A DNA stretch of 60,400 nucleotides, filler included, from Candidatus Woesearchaeota archaeon (lineage in GTDB: Archaea; Nanobdellota; Nanobdellia; Woesearchaeales; CAZJJJ01): the NCBI GenBank assembly GCA_046538795.1. It is 3 parts of 3 records of this genome, joined end to end, with 100 filler letters (N's around TTAATTAATTAA, not from the genome) between each part and the next. Parts side by side here need not be neighbours in the genome. Positions count along the whole stretch, not along the records: positions 1 to 20,984 come from JBKHIF010000020.1; 2 more parts are not named here. One strand, 5' to 3'. The notes under the pieces are model-generated. The model saw nothing but the letters and a program-made list of their open reading frames with translations, was not told the origin of the DNA and ran no database searches. How positions within the stretch are numbered: position 1 is the first letter of the stretch; each line of letters opens with the position of its first letter. A program made the position numbers and the translations under genes. Below, in pieces: positions 9,327 through 19,009 of this stretch.

Positions 9327-10358
9327 ATGGGAATAAAGATAAAGGATATTGTTGAACCCAAAAAGATATCCATTTCAGACTTATCTGGCAAATCTCTGGC
9401 TGTTGATTCTTTTAATATATTGTATCAATTTCTAACTACAATAAGACAGCCTGACGGAACTCCTCTTATGGATAAGAACAATATGATAACCTCTCATCTT
9501 GTAGGGCTTTTTTCAAGGACAACGAAACTTATGATGAACAATATAAAACTTGCTTTTGTTTTTGATGGCAAGACACCTGAGCTAAAATCAAAGGAACAGA
9601 AAAGACGAAAACAGGCCAAAGAAGAAGCACAAGAAAAATACAAAATAGCGATGGAAAAACAAGATATTGAGGCAATGAAAAAATATGCTTCAAGAACAAC
9701 TGTTTTGACAAAAGAGATAATAGACGAAGCAAAAATTCTTATAAGAGCTTTGGGAATGCCCATAATCCAGGCGCCTTCAGAGGGAGAAGCTCAGGCAGCT
9801 TATATGGCAAAGAAAAATGATATTTTCGGAACAGTTTCTCAGGATGGAGATTCACTTATCTTTGGCGCTCCGAGATTTGTAAGAAACCTTTCCTTGACCC
9901 AAAGAAAAAAATCACAAAATAAATTGTCCTATGAAAAGACATCGCCTGAGATAATATCCTTAAATGATACTCTTAATTCTATGCAGATAAACATTGATCA
10001 GCTGATAATATATGCTATATTAGTAGGTACTGATTACAATAGCGGTGGTGTAAAAGGCATAGGCCCCAAAACCGCAATAAAGCTTGTAAAAGAATATAGG
10101 GATCGATATGATGAACTATTCAAAGAAGTTTGTTGGGATGAATATTTTGACTATCCCTGGTCAAATGTGTATGACGTCATAAAGAAAATGCCTGCAACAG
10201 ATGACTATGAGTTAAAGTGGAACTCTCCAGACACCAAAGCTATAAAAGAGCTTCTTGTAGAGAAACACGACTTTTCAGAAGAGCGTGTTGATTCTGTTTT
10301 AGAAGAGCTGAAAACCAAAATGGATACCAGGCAAAAAGGTCTTGGTGATTTCTTTTAG
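9327..10358 (+). CDS. fen: Flap endonuclease 1
   Basis: YQFLTTIRQPDGTPL, APSEGEAQAA, GTDYN..GVKGIGPK, C-terminal PIP box QKGLGDFF. Confidence 0.96.
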   Translation: MGIKIKDIVEPKKISISDLSGKSLAVDSFNILYQFLTTIRQPDGTPLMDKNNMITSHLVGLFSRTTKLMMNNIKLAFVFDGKTPELKSKEQKRRKQAKEEAQEKYKIAMEKQDIEAMKKYASRTTVLTKEIIDEAKILIRALGMPIIQAPSEGEAQAAYMAKKNDIFGTVSQDGDSLIFGAPRFVRNLSLTQRKKSQNKLSYEKTSPEIISLNDTLNSMQINIDQLIIYAILVGTDYNSGGVKGIGPKTAIKLVKEYRDRYDELFKEVCWDEYFDYPWSNVYDVIKKMPATDDYELKWNSPDTKAIKELLVEKHDFSEERVDSVLEELKTKMDTRQKGLGDFF

Positions 10359-10394
10359 CATACTTTTAAATATAAATTCAGATCAAAATAGCTC

Positions 10395-12122
10395 ATGATA
10401 GCGATAAAAGTGCCTTTAAAAGATGCTGAAAAAGTAAAAAAACATCTTATAAAAACTAAAAATCTTGACTTTGATCATTCTTTTAAAAAAAAAGATTCTT
10501 ACATATATTTTCCTGTGAAAAAAAAAGATGGTTCTCTTGTATATGATTATGAAAGCATAAATTTTAAAAAAAATATTAAAGAAAAAAGTTTCAGGGATAT
10601 ACTTAAGACAAAGCTTTCTTCAGATGAATATGATAAGATAAAAACTGCTTTTGATACAGTTGGTGATATTGCGATCCTTGAGATAGATGAAGATATAAGA
10701 AAACATGAAAAATTCATCGCAGAAACACTTCTTAAAACAAATAAGAATGTGAATACTGTCCTGAGGAAACATGGATCTCATGGAGGCACTTTCAGGACAC
10801 AAAAGATGAAATACCTTGCAGGTGAAAAAAAGAAGGAGACGATTCACAAGGAAAATAACGTGAAGCTTAAGCTTGATGTAGAAAAAGTCTATTTTTCAGT
10901 AAGGCTTTCTACTGAGAGAAAAAGAATATCTGGTCTTGTTAAAGAAAGTGAAGATATTCTTGTGATGTTTTCAGGATGCGCTCCCTATCCGGTTGTGCTT
11001 TCAAAGAATACAAAAGCAAGACAAATATACGGTATAGAGCTTAATCCTGACGGCCATAGTTATGGAGAACAGAATATAAAACTTAATCATCTGGATAATG
11101 TATTTCTGATAAATGATGATGTCAATAAAGCAGTTCCTCTTTTTTATCAAAAAATTATAGGTCTAAAATGTGCAAATATTAAAGAGCAGTTAGAGCCTAT
11201 TTTAAAACAAGAGTTAAGCATACTGGAATTGCACACTTTTGAGTCTGATTTTAAAAAAGACTATACTTTTCTTAAGAAGAAGATTAAAGAATTTAAGAAA
11301 AAAGGTATCAAGGTCTGGGTGCATCAGCCGTTGGATGTTGAGATAGATGTTGCAAGATGTGGTTCTTCAAATCCCATATTTAAGAAAATGCTTATGCTTG
11401 TTGATGATCTGGATATCAATCTAACCATACATCCTTCAAGAGATGCGCCTCCAGAAATAAAAGATGAAACAATAATAAAAAACATGAAAACATTCAGGAA
11501 ATATTATGATAACATCTATTTTGAAAACGGACTTCATTCCAATTTCAATAAAAAAGAGCAAATACTAAACATAATAGAAAAAGCAAAGATAAAGAATTTT
11601 TGTATTGATGTGTCTCATTTTTTAGGCAATTACAGCAATAGTGAATGCATAAGTATCATTAAAGAGATACAAAAAAGATGCAATACTTACTTTCATCTGA
11701 ACGATTATAATGGCACTGATTCACAGCCGTTATATTCAGGCTCAAATATTGAGATTGAGAAAATATTGCCTTTGGTTACAAAAGGCATAGTCGAAATAAG
11801 AAGCAAAAATCATGAAAAGCCAAAAGAGATGATATCTTCTTTTAAGTATCTGAAAGATTTTCAGAAAAAGTTTGACAGGATACTTATGCCGCTTCCCAAA
11901 TCAGCAGAAGATTTTCTTGACAGTGCGCTTGTTGCATCAAGAAAAGGAACTGTAATACATTTCTATGATTTTTTGAATGAAGATAATTTTCATGAAGCTC
12001 ATGAAAAAATCGATAATGCCTGCAAAAAACATAAGATGAAATATAAGATAATTAACACTGTGAAATGTGGGCAGCATTCTCCGAGAACATATAGAATCTG
12101 CGTTGATTTCAAGATACTCTGA
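10395..12122 (+). CDS. trm5: Trm5-family tRNA methyltransferase with inserted TIM-barrel-like domain
   Basis: FDTVGDIAIL, HKEN, VYFSVRLSTER, MFSGCAPY, IELNPDG, then ~240 aa insert, then FDRILMPLP and IHFY. Confidence 0.85.
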   Translation: MIAIKVPLKDAEKVKKHLIKTKNLDFDHSFKKKDSYIYFPVKKKDGSLVYDYESINFKKNIKEKSFRDILKTKLSSDEYDKIKTAFDTVGDIAILEIDEDIRKHEKFIAETLLKTNKNVNTVLRKHGSHGGTFRTQKMKYLAGEKKKETIHKENNVKLKLDVEKVYFSVRLSTERKRISGLVKESEDILVMFSGCAPYPVVLSKNTKARQIYGIELNPDGHSYGEQNIKLNHLDNVFLINDDVNKAVPLFYQKIIGLKCANIKEQLEPILKQELSILELHTFESDFKKDYTFLKKKIKEFKKKGIKVWVHQPLDVEIDVARCGSSNPIFKKMLMLVDDLDINLTIHPSRDAPPEIKDETIIKNMKTFRKYYDNIYFENGLHSNFNKKEQILNIIEKAKIKNFCIDVSHFLGNYSNSECISIIKEIQKRCNTYFHLNDYNGTDSQPLYSGSNIEIEKILPLVTKGIVEIRSKNHEKPKEMISSFKYLKDFQKKFDRILMPLPKSAEDFLDSALVASRKGTVIHFYDFLNEDNFHEAHEKIDNACKKHKMKYKIINTVKCGQHSPRTYRICVDFKIL

Positions 12123-12495
12123 AATAAACCTTTCTGTTTCTGGGGCCGTCAAATTCGCAGAAGCAGATTCCATCCCATGTGCCAAGCACAAGTTTATTGT
12201 CTTCTAAAGCAACCTGCAGGAATTTTCCCATGAGTGCTGATTTTATGTGTGCAGAAGAATTGCCTTCTTTGTGTCTGAAATCAAGCTCTTTTACAATATT
12301 TTTCAGACTCATGATTATATCATCTTTCACATCAGGGTCTGCATTTTCATTTATCATAAGTCCTGCAGTTGTGTGCGGGCAGTAGATATAGACAAAACCT
12401 TGTTTTATATCTTGATCTTTTATTTTTTTCTCTATGAGATGAGTTATGTCGATAATTTCTTCTTTTCTTTGCGTGTTTATATTTATGGTTTCCAT
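12109..12495 (-). CDS. YjbQ / UPF0047 family protein
   Basis: PHTTAGLMINENADP, HKEGNSSAHIKS, LGTW, EFDGPRNR. Confidence 0.92.
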   Translation of the reverse strand: METININTQRKEEIIDITHLIEKKIKDQDIKQGFVYIYCPHTTAGLMINENADPDVKDDIIMSLKNIVKELDFRHKEGNSSAHIKSALMGKFLQVALEDNKLVLGTWDGICFCEFDGPRNRKVYFRVS

Positions 12496-12528
12496 TTTTT
12501 TCTGATATTTCTCTGAAAAAAATTAAAA

Positions 12529-12583
12529 GCTCAGCAGTTACTTCCGTTCATCATTGGTCAGCGGGTGTTCACTTCATCATAGC
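12529..12583 (-). ncRNA. Box C/D guide sRNA
   Basis: Minus strand: ATGATGA (C), 12-nt guide, CTGA (D'), CCA, ATGATGA (C'), 13-nt guide, CTGA (D); TATA-like element about 25 nt upstream; T-tract downstream. Confidence 0.9.
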
Positions 12584-12659
12584 ATTGAAATTTAATCTAT
12601 TTGATTTTATAAATCTTTTTAAGAAATTGATTAATTAAAATAAAAAAAGGTAAAAATCT

Positions 12660-13802
12660 CTATCCGAACATTCCCATGTAGTCTTTTCCTTCAAGCTCCT
12701 CTTCTGCCTTGACTTTTGCAATCGCATTAATGAAATCTTTTTTATCTACTCTGATTCTGTCTTCTCTAATTGCAAAATATCCAGCTTCAGTGCATACAGC
12801 CCTGATTTCAGCTCCTGAAAATTCATCCATATTCTTAACTATTGCATCGATATCAAGATCATTTCCTAATGACATATTAGAAGAATGGATTTGGAATATC
12901 TCTTTTCTTGCTTCAGCACTAGGTGTATCAACTTTTATAAGACGATCAAGTCTTCCTGGTCTTGTTATTGCAGGATCAAGGATATCTTTTCTATTTGTAC
13001 ATCCAACAATCTTTACATTTCCAAGTGTTGAGAAACCATCGATTTCTGCAAGAAGTTGCATGAATGTTCTTTGAACCTCTCTTTCTCCTGAGGTTCCCAC
13101 TTCTATCCTGTTTGCTGCGAGTGCATCAATCTCATCAATAAATATTATGCTTGGAGCTTTCTCTCTTGCAAGTTCAAACATCTCTTTGACAAGTTTTGCT
13201 CCTTCTCCAATAAATTTCTGTACGAGTTCTGAACCTACAACTTCTATAAATGTTGAGTTGGTTGAAGCAGCAACTGCTTTGGCCAAAAGAGTTTTTCCTG
13301 TTCCAGGAGGGCCATATAATAGCACTCCTTTTGGAGGCTGTATTCCTACTTTTTTGAATAATTCTGGCTTTATGAGAGGCATTTCTATGACTTCTCTTAG
13401 TTCTTGTTCCTGATTTTTCAGCCCACCAACTTCTTTCCAGCTCACTTTTGGCTTTTCAATTATTACGAACTTCTCTACGTTAAAGTTCTTCATCTTAGGA
13501 ATTTTTTTGATTATAGTAAGGTTCTTTTGTTCACAAAGAACAGTATCTCCAGGATGAATTTCTGTTGCATCTTTTGATATGCCTACAACAAACTGATTAG
13601 AATTTGGTGCTCTTATTATACCATTATCACCTACGTGATCAATAAATTCACAGACCATGTATGGAACCTGCTTAAATCTGTCAAGCTCCATCTTTAATTG
13701 GGTCACAGTTTCTTTTAGTATCTTATTCTCTTCCTCGTACTGGTTTGCATCAGTACTGTATCCATACATTAATTTGTCCAGCTCATCTTCTTTTGTTGTC
13801 AT
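12660..13802 (-). CDS. pan: Proteasome-activating nucleotidase (AAA+)
   Basis: N-terminal coiled coil and OB-like region, GPPGTGKT, IFIDEID, RPGRLDR, C-terminal MFG. Confidence 0.92.
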   Translation of the reverse strand: MTTKEDELDKLMYGYSTDANQYEEENKILKETVTQLKMELDRFKQVPYMVCEFIDHVGDNGIIRAPNSNQFVVGISKDATEIHPGDTVLCEQKNLTIIKKIPKMKNFNVEKFVIIEKPKVSWKEVGGLKNQEQELREVIEMPLIKPELFKKVGIQPPKGVLLYGPPGTGKTLLAKAVAASTNSTFIEVVGSELVQKFIGEGAKLVKEMFELAREKAPSIIFIDEIDALAANRIEVGTSGEREVQRTFMQLLAEIDGFSTLGNVKIVGCTNRKDILDPAITRPGRLDRLIKVDTPSAEARKEIFQIHSSNMSLGNDLDIDAIVKNMDEFSGAEIRAVCTEAGYFAIREDRIRVDKKDFINAIAKVKAEEELEGKDYMGMFG

Positions 13803-14059
13803 TTTAATCACGTATGAGATTGACAATCATATATAAACCTTTTTGAATTAACTTGATTTATATAGATGTCTCAGAAAACTACTATTTTATGTTTAATTAA
13901 TACTAATCTGAATGTTTTTTTTAAAGTTTTGCTTTAATCATTTTTATGGCCCTCCTTTTATTGAAAATTTCGCATGAAACACGATTGAAACCTTGTTTCA
14001 ATGTGCGCAGAAATTTAAAAAATTTCTTTTCTTTTTTGTGGGGTTAAATACCCTGTCAT

Positions 14060-14080
14060 TTGCTCCAGAGGAGTACTCTT
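14060..14080 (+). repeat. Fragment of dispersed hairpin element
   Basis: TTGCTCCAGAGGAGTACTCTT matches 45709-45729 at 19/21 positions. Confidence 0.55.
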
Positions 14081-14207
14081 CAAGCATGGCGAAATTTTCA
14101 ATCCCTCAAACAGAAGGCAAAACACCCGGCTCTTTAGTTTTGGGAATAGCCATCTGTTTGAGTTATTTGAGGTTTTCTTTTTCTGTTTTTTTTGCTTTTT
14201 GTCATTA

Positions 14208-14360
14208 GACTGCGTTTATCAACGTTTGCAAACGTTTATCAACGACTACGTGACGCGTTTAGACGTGCGTTGAAGTTTTGGACGTTTTCAGACGAGAAAA
14301 ATTTTTCAACGGCGTCTAGACGGCGTTGAAGTTTTATTCAACGTTTCTCAACGCGTTGAT
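14208..14360. repeat. CpG-rich palindrome array 2
   Basis: CGTTTATCAACG twice (14213, 14233), palindrome AACGTTTGCAAACGTT, near-palindrome 14305-14330, TCAACGCGTTGA 14348-14359; T-rich tracts on both sides. Confidence 0.8.
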
Positions 14361-14425
14361 TTTTTTCTCTTTTTTGTTTGGTTTGTTTTTTGTTGTGTTT
14401 ACATCAAAAATGAAAAAATATATAT

Positions 14426-15361
14426 ATGCCCTGGTTCACATATTTTATTATGGTGGGGTTTTTCAAGGCATTGTTAAGAAACAATAGTGGGCAAAAATCA
14501 ACATATGTGAAACGGGAACTTTCTTCTATAAAGAAAAATATAATGTCTAGTTTCAAAAGGTTCAAGGCTGACATGGATAAACAATCCCAATGGATAAATC
14601 ATCTTCACAGTAGCCACAAGAACCTGAATAGCTTGCATGAAGGCCATAAGGAGATACATGCTAAAGATATTGAACATTTACATTCATTGATAAGCAATCT
14701 TCATACAAATCACAGACACAACGAAGAAACCCTGAGACGGCTTGAAGATTCTGTCCGTAGTTCTTTTCAATCTTACAATAAATATCTTATAGATATATAT
14801 CGTATAGTTCATGGTCTTAAAGAAGAGATGAAAGATCACTATGAAAAACATGAAAAAGAAGATGCCAAAAAAGTTGAGACTTTAGTGAGTTTGGATGGTG
14901 GTGTAAACAAGCACAATCACACTATAAACAATGGATCAAATCTCATAACATCAGGAACTTATGAGGCTGGATCTGCAAATAAGCTGGCAGAACAGCGTAT
15001 TTCTGGTTCTTATGTACGGGAAACAGAATTATCTCAAGAAGAACCGTACACTTCTTTAGAGATATCTAATATTGCTTCAGATAAAGCAGAAAGTTCTGAC
15101 AAGGGCCCTCTTATGAATATGTCTGATAAACTTACAAGGGCAGAGAAAAAGCTTATAGCTCACCTGATAAAGTCAGACCAGAAACTAAGCTACAAGGATC
15201 TATCCATGCTCTGCAATATATCTGTAAACACAGTAAAGAATCATATATGCAACATAAAGAACAAGGATTTTCCTCTGAAAGAATACAGCGATGACGGCAA
15301 CATTAAAAGATATTTTGTTCCTGAAAACATGAAGCAAATATTGCTTTCCAAGCGATTTTAG
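14426..15361 (+). CDS. Coiled-coil protein with C-terminal winged HTH
   Basis: His-rich helical N-half; LTRAEKKLI...LSYKDLSMLCNISVNTVKNHICNIK HTH with wing KRYFV; start may be 14450. Confidence 0.75.
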   Translation: MPWFTYFIMVGFFKALLRNNSGQKSTYVKRELSSIKKNIMSSFKRFKADMDKQSQWINHLHSSHKNLNSLHEGHKEIHAKDIEHLHSLISNLHTNHRHNEETLRRLEDSVRSSFQSYNKYLIDIYRIVHGLKEEMKDHYEKHEKEDAKKVETLVSLDGGVNKHNHTINNGSNLITSGTYEAGSANKLAEQRISGSYVRETELSQEEPYTSLEISNIASDKAESSDKGPLMNMSDKLTRAEKKLIAHLIKSDQKLSYKDLSMLCNISVNTVKNHICNIKNKDFPLKEYSDDGNIKRYFVPENMKQILLSKRF

Positions 15362-15532
15362 GTTTTCTTATATTCTCGTCTAGAAAAATCATTTATTTTG
15401 TGTTTTTGTGAATGTCTTGACCTAGTGCCTAATTTTTATGCAGATTCATATTTTGACATATGTTTTGTTTTTCTTTAATGCTTTAACCTAAATCAGAAAA
15501 ATATAAATACGTATGAATTAAAAATAACATAG

Positions 15533-16324
15533 ATGAGCGAATTCCTATATAACCTGAAGAAATATCTCACATTTTCCGGTGAGGAGATAAGATCTATGCT
15601 ATATATAATTCTATTATACGGCTTTATTTTAGGTTATAATGATGGTTATGTTGAATTTGTGGCTTCCAGATGGTTCTTTAACCTGTTTTCGTCTATACTT
15701 ATGGCGGCTATAATAATCATGACTCATGAGCTTGGAAGAAAAGTTATTGCCATAAAGCTTGGTTATACTGCTGAATTCAGGCCAAACTGGATACTTATCG
15801 GAATAGCATTTTTTCTGGGGATGCTTAGCAAAGGAAATATAGCTTTGCTTCTTCCGGCAACAGGTGTTTTCATCACTCACCATGAGCGCATGAGGATAGG
15901 AAAATTTTTTTATGGTCATCATTATTTTGATAATGCATTTATTGCTCTTGCAGGCTGCTACGCCAATATAGCTGTTGCGATGCTTCTTAAGACATTTTCA
16001 TTTCTTCCTAATCAGGAGATGATAGTTTTACTTATGCAGTTAAGTATCTGGTATGCAATATTCAATCTCCTTCCCTTTGACATAATATTTGTGCTTTTCA
16101 GGTTTGAGAAGGCTGATCTGAGAAAACATCCTGCTCCTCTTGACGGAACATATATGCTTTATGCTTCCCGGGTATTTTATGTATTCTGCATTGCGGCTAT
16201 TGTTACAACTGCCATGCTTTTGTTTAACACCGGAATCCTGATATCTGTGATACTTGGAATCATAATTGCGATATTTACGAGTATTGTTTATGGAATATTC
16301 AGGGAAAATCTTACAGGCGGATGA
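15533..16324 (+). CDS. M50-like membrane protein with degenerate Zn site
   Basis: Multi-TM; HELGR instead of HExxH; IALAG..AN and NLLP...PLDG motifs. Confidence 0.65.
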   Translation: MSEFLYNLKKYLTFSGEEIRSMLYIILLYGFILGYNDGYVEFVASRWFFNLFSSILMAAIIIMTHELGRKVIAIKLGYTAEFRPNWILIGIAFFLGMLSKGNIALLLPATGVFITHHERMRIGKFFYGHHYFDNAFIALAGCYANIAVAMLLKTFSFLPNQEMIVLLMQLSIWYAIFNLLPFDIIFVLFRFEKADLRKHPAPLDGTYMLYASRVFYVFCIAAIVTTAMLLFNTGILISVILGIIIAIFTSIVYGIFRENLTGG

Positions 16325-16353
16325 TTTATTAATAATCAAGAATGAAGTGAGAT

Positions 16354-16623
16354 TTATGCCATAAGACTCAAAACTGATTTCTGCAGAAAATAGATTGCAA
16401 CAGCAAACACAACTACGCTTCTTAATCCCAAGAGCATAAGAAACATGTAGATTATACATGCGATTTCTATATATGCATTTATGTCCCCCCAGAATCCCAC
16501 GATCTTTATTCCAAGATATATCAGGAAAGGCAGGCTTGCTGAAGGAACAAGTATATTGAAATGAACCAGTAAAAAAACAGTTGCAGTTGCAAGATCCATA
16601 AGTCCGAATAATTTAATTATCAT
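16354..16623 (-). CDS. Small membrane protein
   Basis: 89 aa, almost entirely hydrophobic. Confidence 0.65.
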   Translation of the reverse strand: MIIKLFGLMDLATATVFLLVHFNILVPSASLPFLIYLGIKIVGFWGDINAYIEIACIIYMFLMLLGLRSVVVFAVAIYFLQKSVLSLMA

Positions 16624-16710
16624 CTTATTTTCAAAATAATTACGAACTTATTAAAAATCATTCGCCAAATTGCAGAAAAGTTATATAAACCTTTGAAAAA
16701 TCACGTTTGC

Positions 16711-19008
16711 ATGATAAAAGATTTCACTCCCAGGTTATATCAGGAAACAATACTTGCAAGCTGTGTCCAGAACAACTGTCTTGTTGTACTTCCGACAGGT
16801 ATGGGGAAAACTGCTGTTGCTTTTCTTCTTGCAGCCCAAAGACTGAACCATTATCCAAATTCCAAGATACTGGTTCTTGCTCCGACAAAACCTCTTGTCG
16901 AACAGCATCTTAACTCATTCATAAAACATCTCGATATTTCTGAGGATAAGTTTGAGCTTTTCACAGGAGCCATATCTCCTGAAAAAAGAGAAAAGCTATG
17001 GAAAAATTCTCAGGTCATATTCAGCACTCCGCAGACTATTGAAAATGATATAATTTCTGGAAAAGCAGATCTTTCTGATGTATCTCTTATCGTATTTGAT
17101 GAGGCTCATCGGGCGACAGGAGATTACTCATATACATTTATCGCCAAACAATACAACAAAAAGGCATCTTATCCAAAGATACTTGCTCTCACTGCATCTC
17201 CTGGTTCTGACAAGGAACGCATAGATGAGGTCATAAAGAATCTTTATGTTGAAGCGATAGAAGTGAGAACAGAAGACGATCCTGATGTGAAACCTTACAT
17301 ACAGAAGGTCGATCTTGAGTGGGTAAAGGTAGATCTTCCTGAAAAATTTCTTCAGATAAAAAAATATCTGGAGGCGTGCTATAAATCAAAGCTTGACGGA
17401 ATAAAAGAGATTGGCTTTCTTAATTCGTCACAGGTTAATTCGATAACCAAAAGAGAACTTCTTGGTGTCATGTCTGAACTTCACAAAGAGATCGCTTCTG
17501 GAAACAAGGAATTCTCGATACTTAAGGGAGTGTCTCTTGCAGCAGAGGCAATGAAAGCCCAGCATGCGCTTGAGCTTCTTGAGACACAAGGTATTTGGGC
17601 GCTAAACGCATATTTTGAAAAATTGATGAGAGAATCAAGAACAACAAAAGTGAGGGCTGTAAAGAATCTTGTCATGGACCTTAATTTCAGAAGTGCATTT
17701 ATATTAACTAAAAATATGAATGATGACAAGATTGAACATCCAAAACTCTCTAAATTGATTGAATTGGTCAAACGTGAGTTGGGAGATGAAGACTCAAAAC
17801 AGACAACAATTTCAGGCGATGTGATTGATAACAAAAAGAAGATGATCATATTCACACAATATAGGGATTCTGGTTCAAGGATAGTTGAAACAGTAAATAA
17901 CATAAAAAATGTGGATGCTAGATTATTTGTGGGCCAGACCAAGAAAGGAGAGACAGGACTTTCGCAGAAAAAGCAGATTGAGCTTCTTGATTCTTTCAGG
18001 AAGACTGAGTTTAATGTGATTGTCATGACATCAGTTGGAGAGGAAGGCCTTGACATCCCGCAGGTTGATGTCGTTGTATTTTATGAGCCCATACCTTCTG
18101 CGATAAGGACTGTCCAGAGAAGGGGCAGAACAGGCCGTCTTGAAAAAGGAAAAGTAATAATCCTTTATGCAAAGAGTACACGAGATGAAGCATACATGTG
18201 GATCGCCCAGAGAAAGGAAAAACGCATGTATAAGATAATAGATGAGATACGGCGTGACAAGGGATTTGATTCTATAGGTGTTGTATCAAAAGACATATCT
18301 GATCTTTCCAAGCACATGGAAGATGAACGTTATTCGCAATCATCTCAGGAAAAAGAGGCTCGTCAAGTGGTAATATTGGCAGATGCAAGAGAGAAAGGTT
18401 CTGCTGTTATAAAAGAACTTGTAGACAAGGGTGCAAAACTTGAACTGAAAAGGATCGATGTAGGAGATTATGTATTAAGTGAACGTGTTGCAGTTGAGTT
18501 CAAGAATGTTCCTGATTTTGTTGATTCGATAATTGATGGAAGGCTTTTGCAGCAAGTAAAGTTCATGAAGGAAAAATACTCAAGACCTATAATAATTGTA
18601 GAAGGTACAGAAAATATGTATGCTGTAAGAAGAATACATCCTAATGCAATATGGGGTATGATATCAACAATTGCAGTAAGTTTTGGTGTTCCGATAATAA
18701 ATACAAGGACATCAAAAGAGACTGCGGGGCTTATTTTCCTTATCGCAAGGCGTGAGCAGGAAAATGTCCAGAAACCGCTTCAGCTTCATGCTATAAAGCC
18801 ATTAAGCATAAAAGAGCAGCAGGAATATATTGTTGCATCATTTCCAGGTATTGGATCAACTCTCAACAAGCCGCTTCTTGAAAAATTAGGTTCGATAAAA
18901 AATATAGTGAATGCCTCAGAAGAAGAACTAAAAAAGGTTGAAAAAATTGGAGACAAAAAAGCAAAAGAAATAAGAACTGTTCTTGATTCAGAATACAAAG
19001 GTGAGTGA
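16711..19008 (+). CDS. hef: Hef helicase/nuclease (SF2 helicase + ERCC4 + HhH)
   Basis: LPTGMGKT, DEAH, TASPG, QRRGRTGR, ADARE...VGDY..VEFK, C-terminal HhH. Confidence 0.93.
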   Translation: MIKDFTPRLYQETILASCVQNNCLVVLPTGMGKTAVAFLLAAQRLNHYPNSKILVLAPTKPLVEQHLNSFIKHLDISEDKFELFTGAISPEKREKLWKNSQVIFSTPQTIENDIISGKADLSDVSLIVFDEAHRATGDYSYTFIAKQYNKKASYPKILALTASPGSDKERIDEVIKNLYVEAIEVRTEDDPDVKPYIQKVDLEWVKVDLPEKFLQIKKYLEACYKSKLDGIKEIGFLNSSQVNSITKRELLGVMSELHKEIASGNKEFSILKGVSLAAEAMKAQHALELLETQGIWALNAYFEKLMRESRTTKVRAVKNLVMDLNFRSAFILTKNMNDDKIEHPKLSKLIELVKRELGDEDSKQTTISGDVIDNKKKMIIFTQYRDSGSRIVETVNNIKNVDARLFVGQTKKGETGLSQKKQIELLDSFRKTEFNVIVMTSVGEEGLDIPQVDVVVFYEPIPSAIRTVQRRGRTGRLEKGKVIILYAKSTRDEAYMWIAQRKEKRMYKIIDEIRRDKGFDSIGVVSKDISDLSKHMEDERYSQSSQEKEARQVVILADAREKGSAVIKELVDKGAKLELKRIDVGDYVLSERVAVEFKNVPDFVDSIIDGRLLQQVKFMKEKYSRPIIIVEGTENMYAVRRIHPNAIWGMISTIAVSFGVPIINTRTSKETAGLIFLIARREQENVQKPLQLHAIKPLSIKEQQEYIVASFPGIGSTLNKPLLEKLGSIKNIVNASEEELKKVEKIGDKKAKEIRTVLDSEYKGE

Positions 19009-19009
19009 T

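Noticed and set aside
11145..11861. Trm5 insert as an intein
   Set aside because: No N-terminal Cys/Ser or C-terminal His-Asn splice motifs at the junctions and no LAGLIDADG motif
13993..14208. ORF-track ORFs in non-coding repeat regions (also 26923-27117, 26992-27381)
   Set aside because: They overlap hairpin elements or real opposite-strand genes and lack RBS or recognisable motifs
14208..14360. Array as CRISPR or canonical ORB origin
   Set aside because: No regular repeat-spacer period, no cas genes, no TTCCAGTGGAA/G-string ORB consensus and no cdc6 nearby
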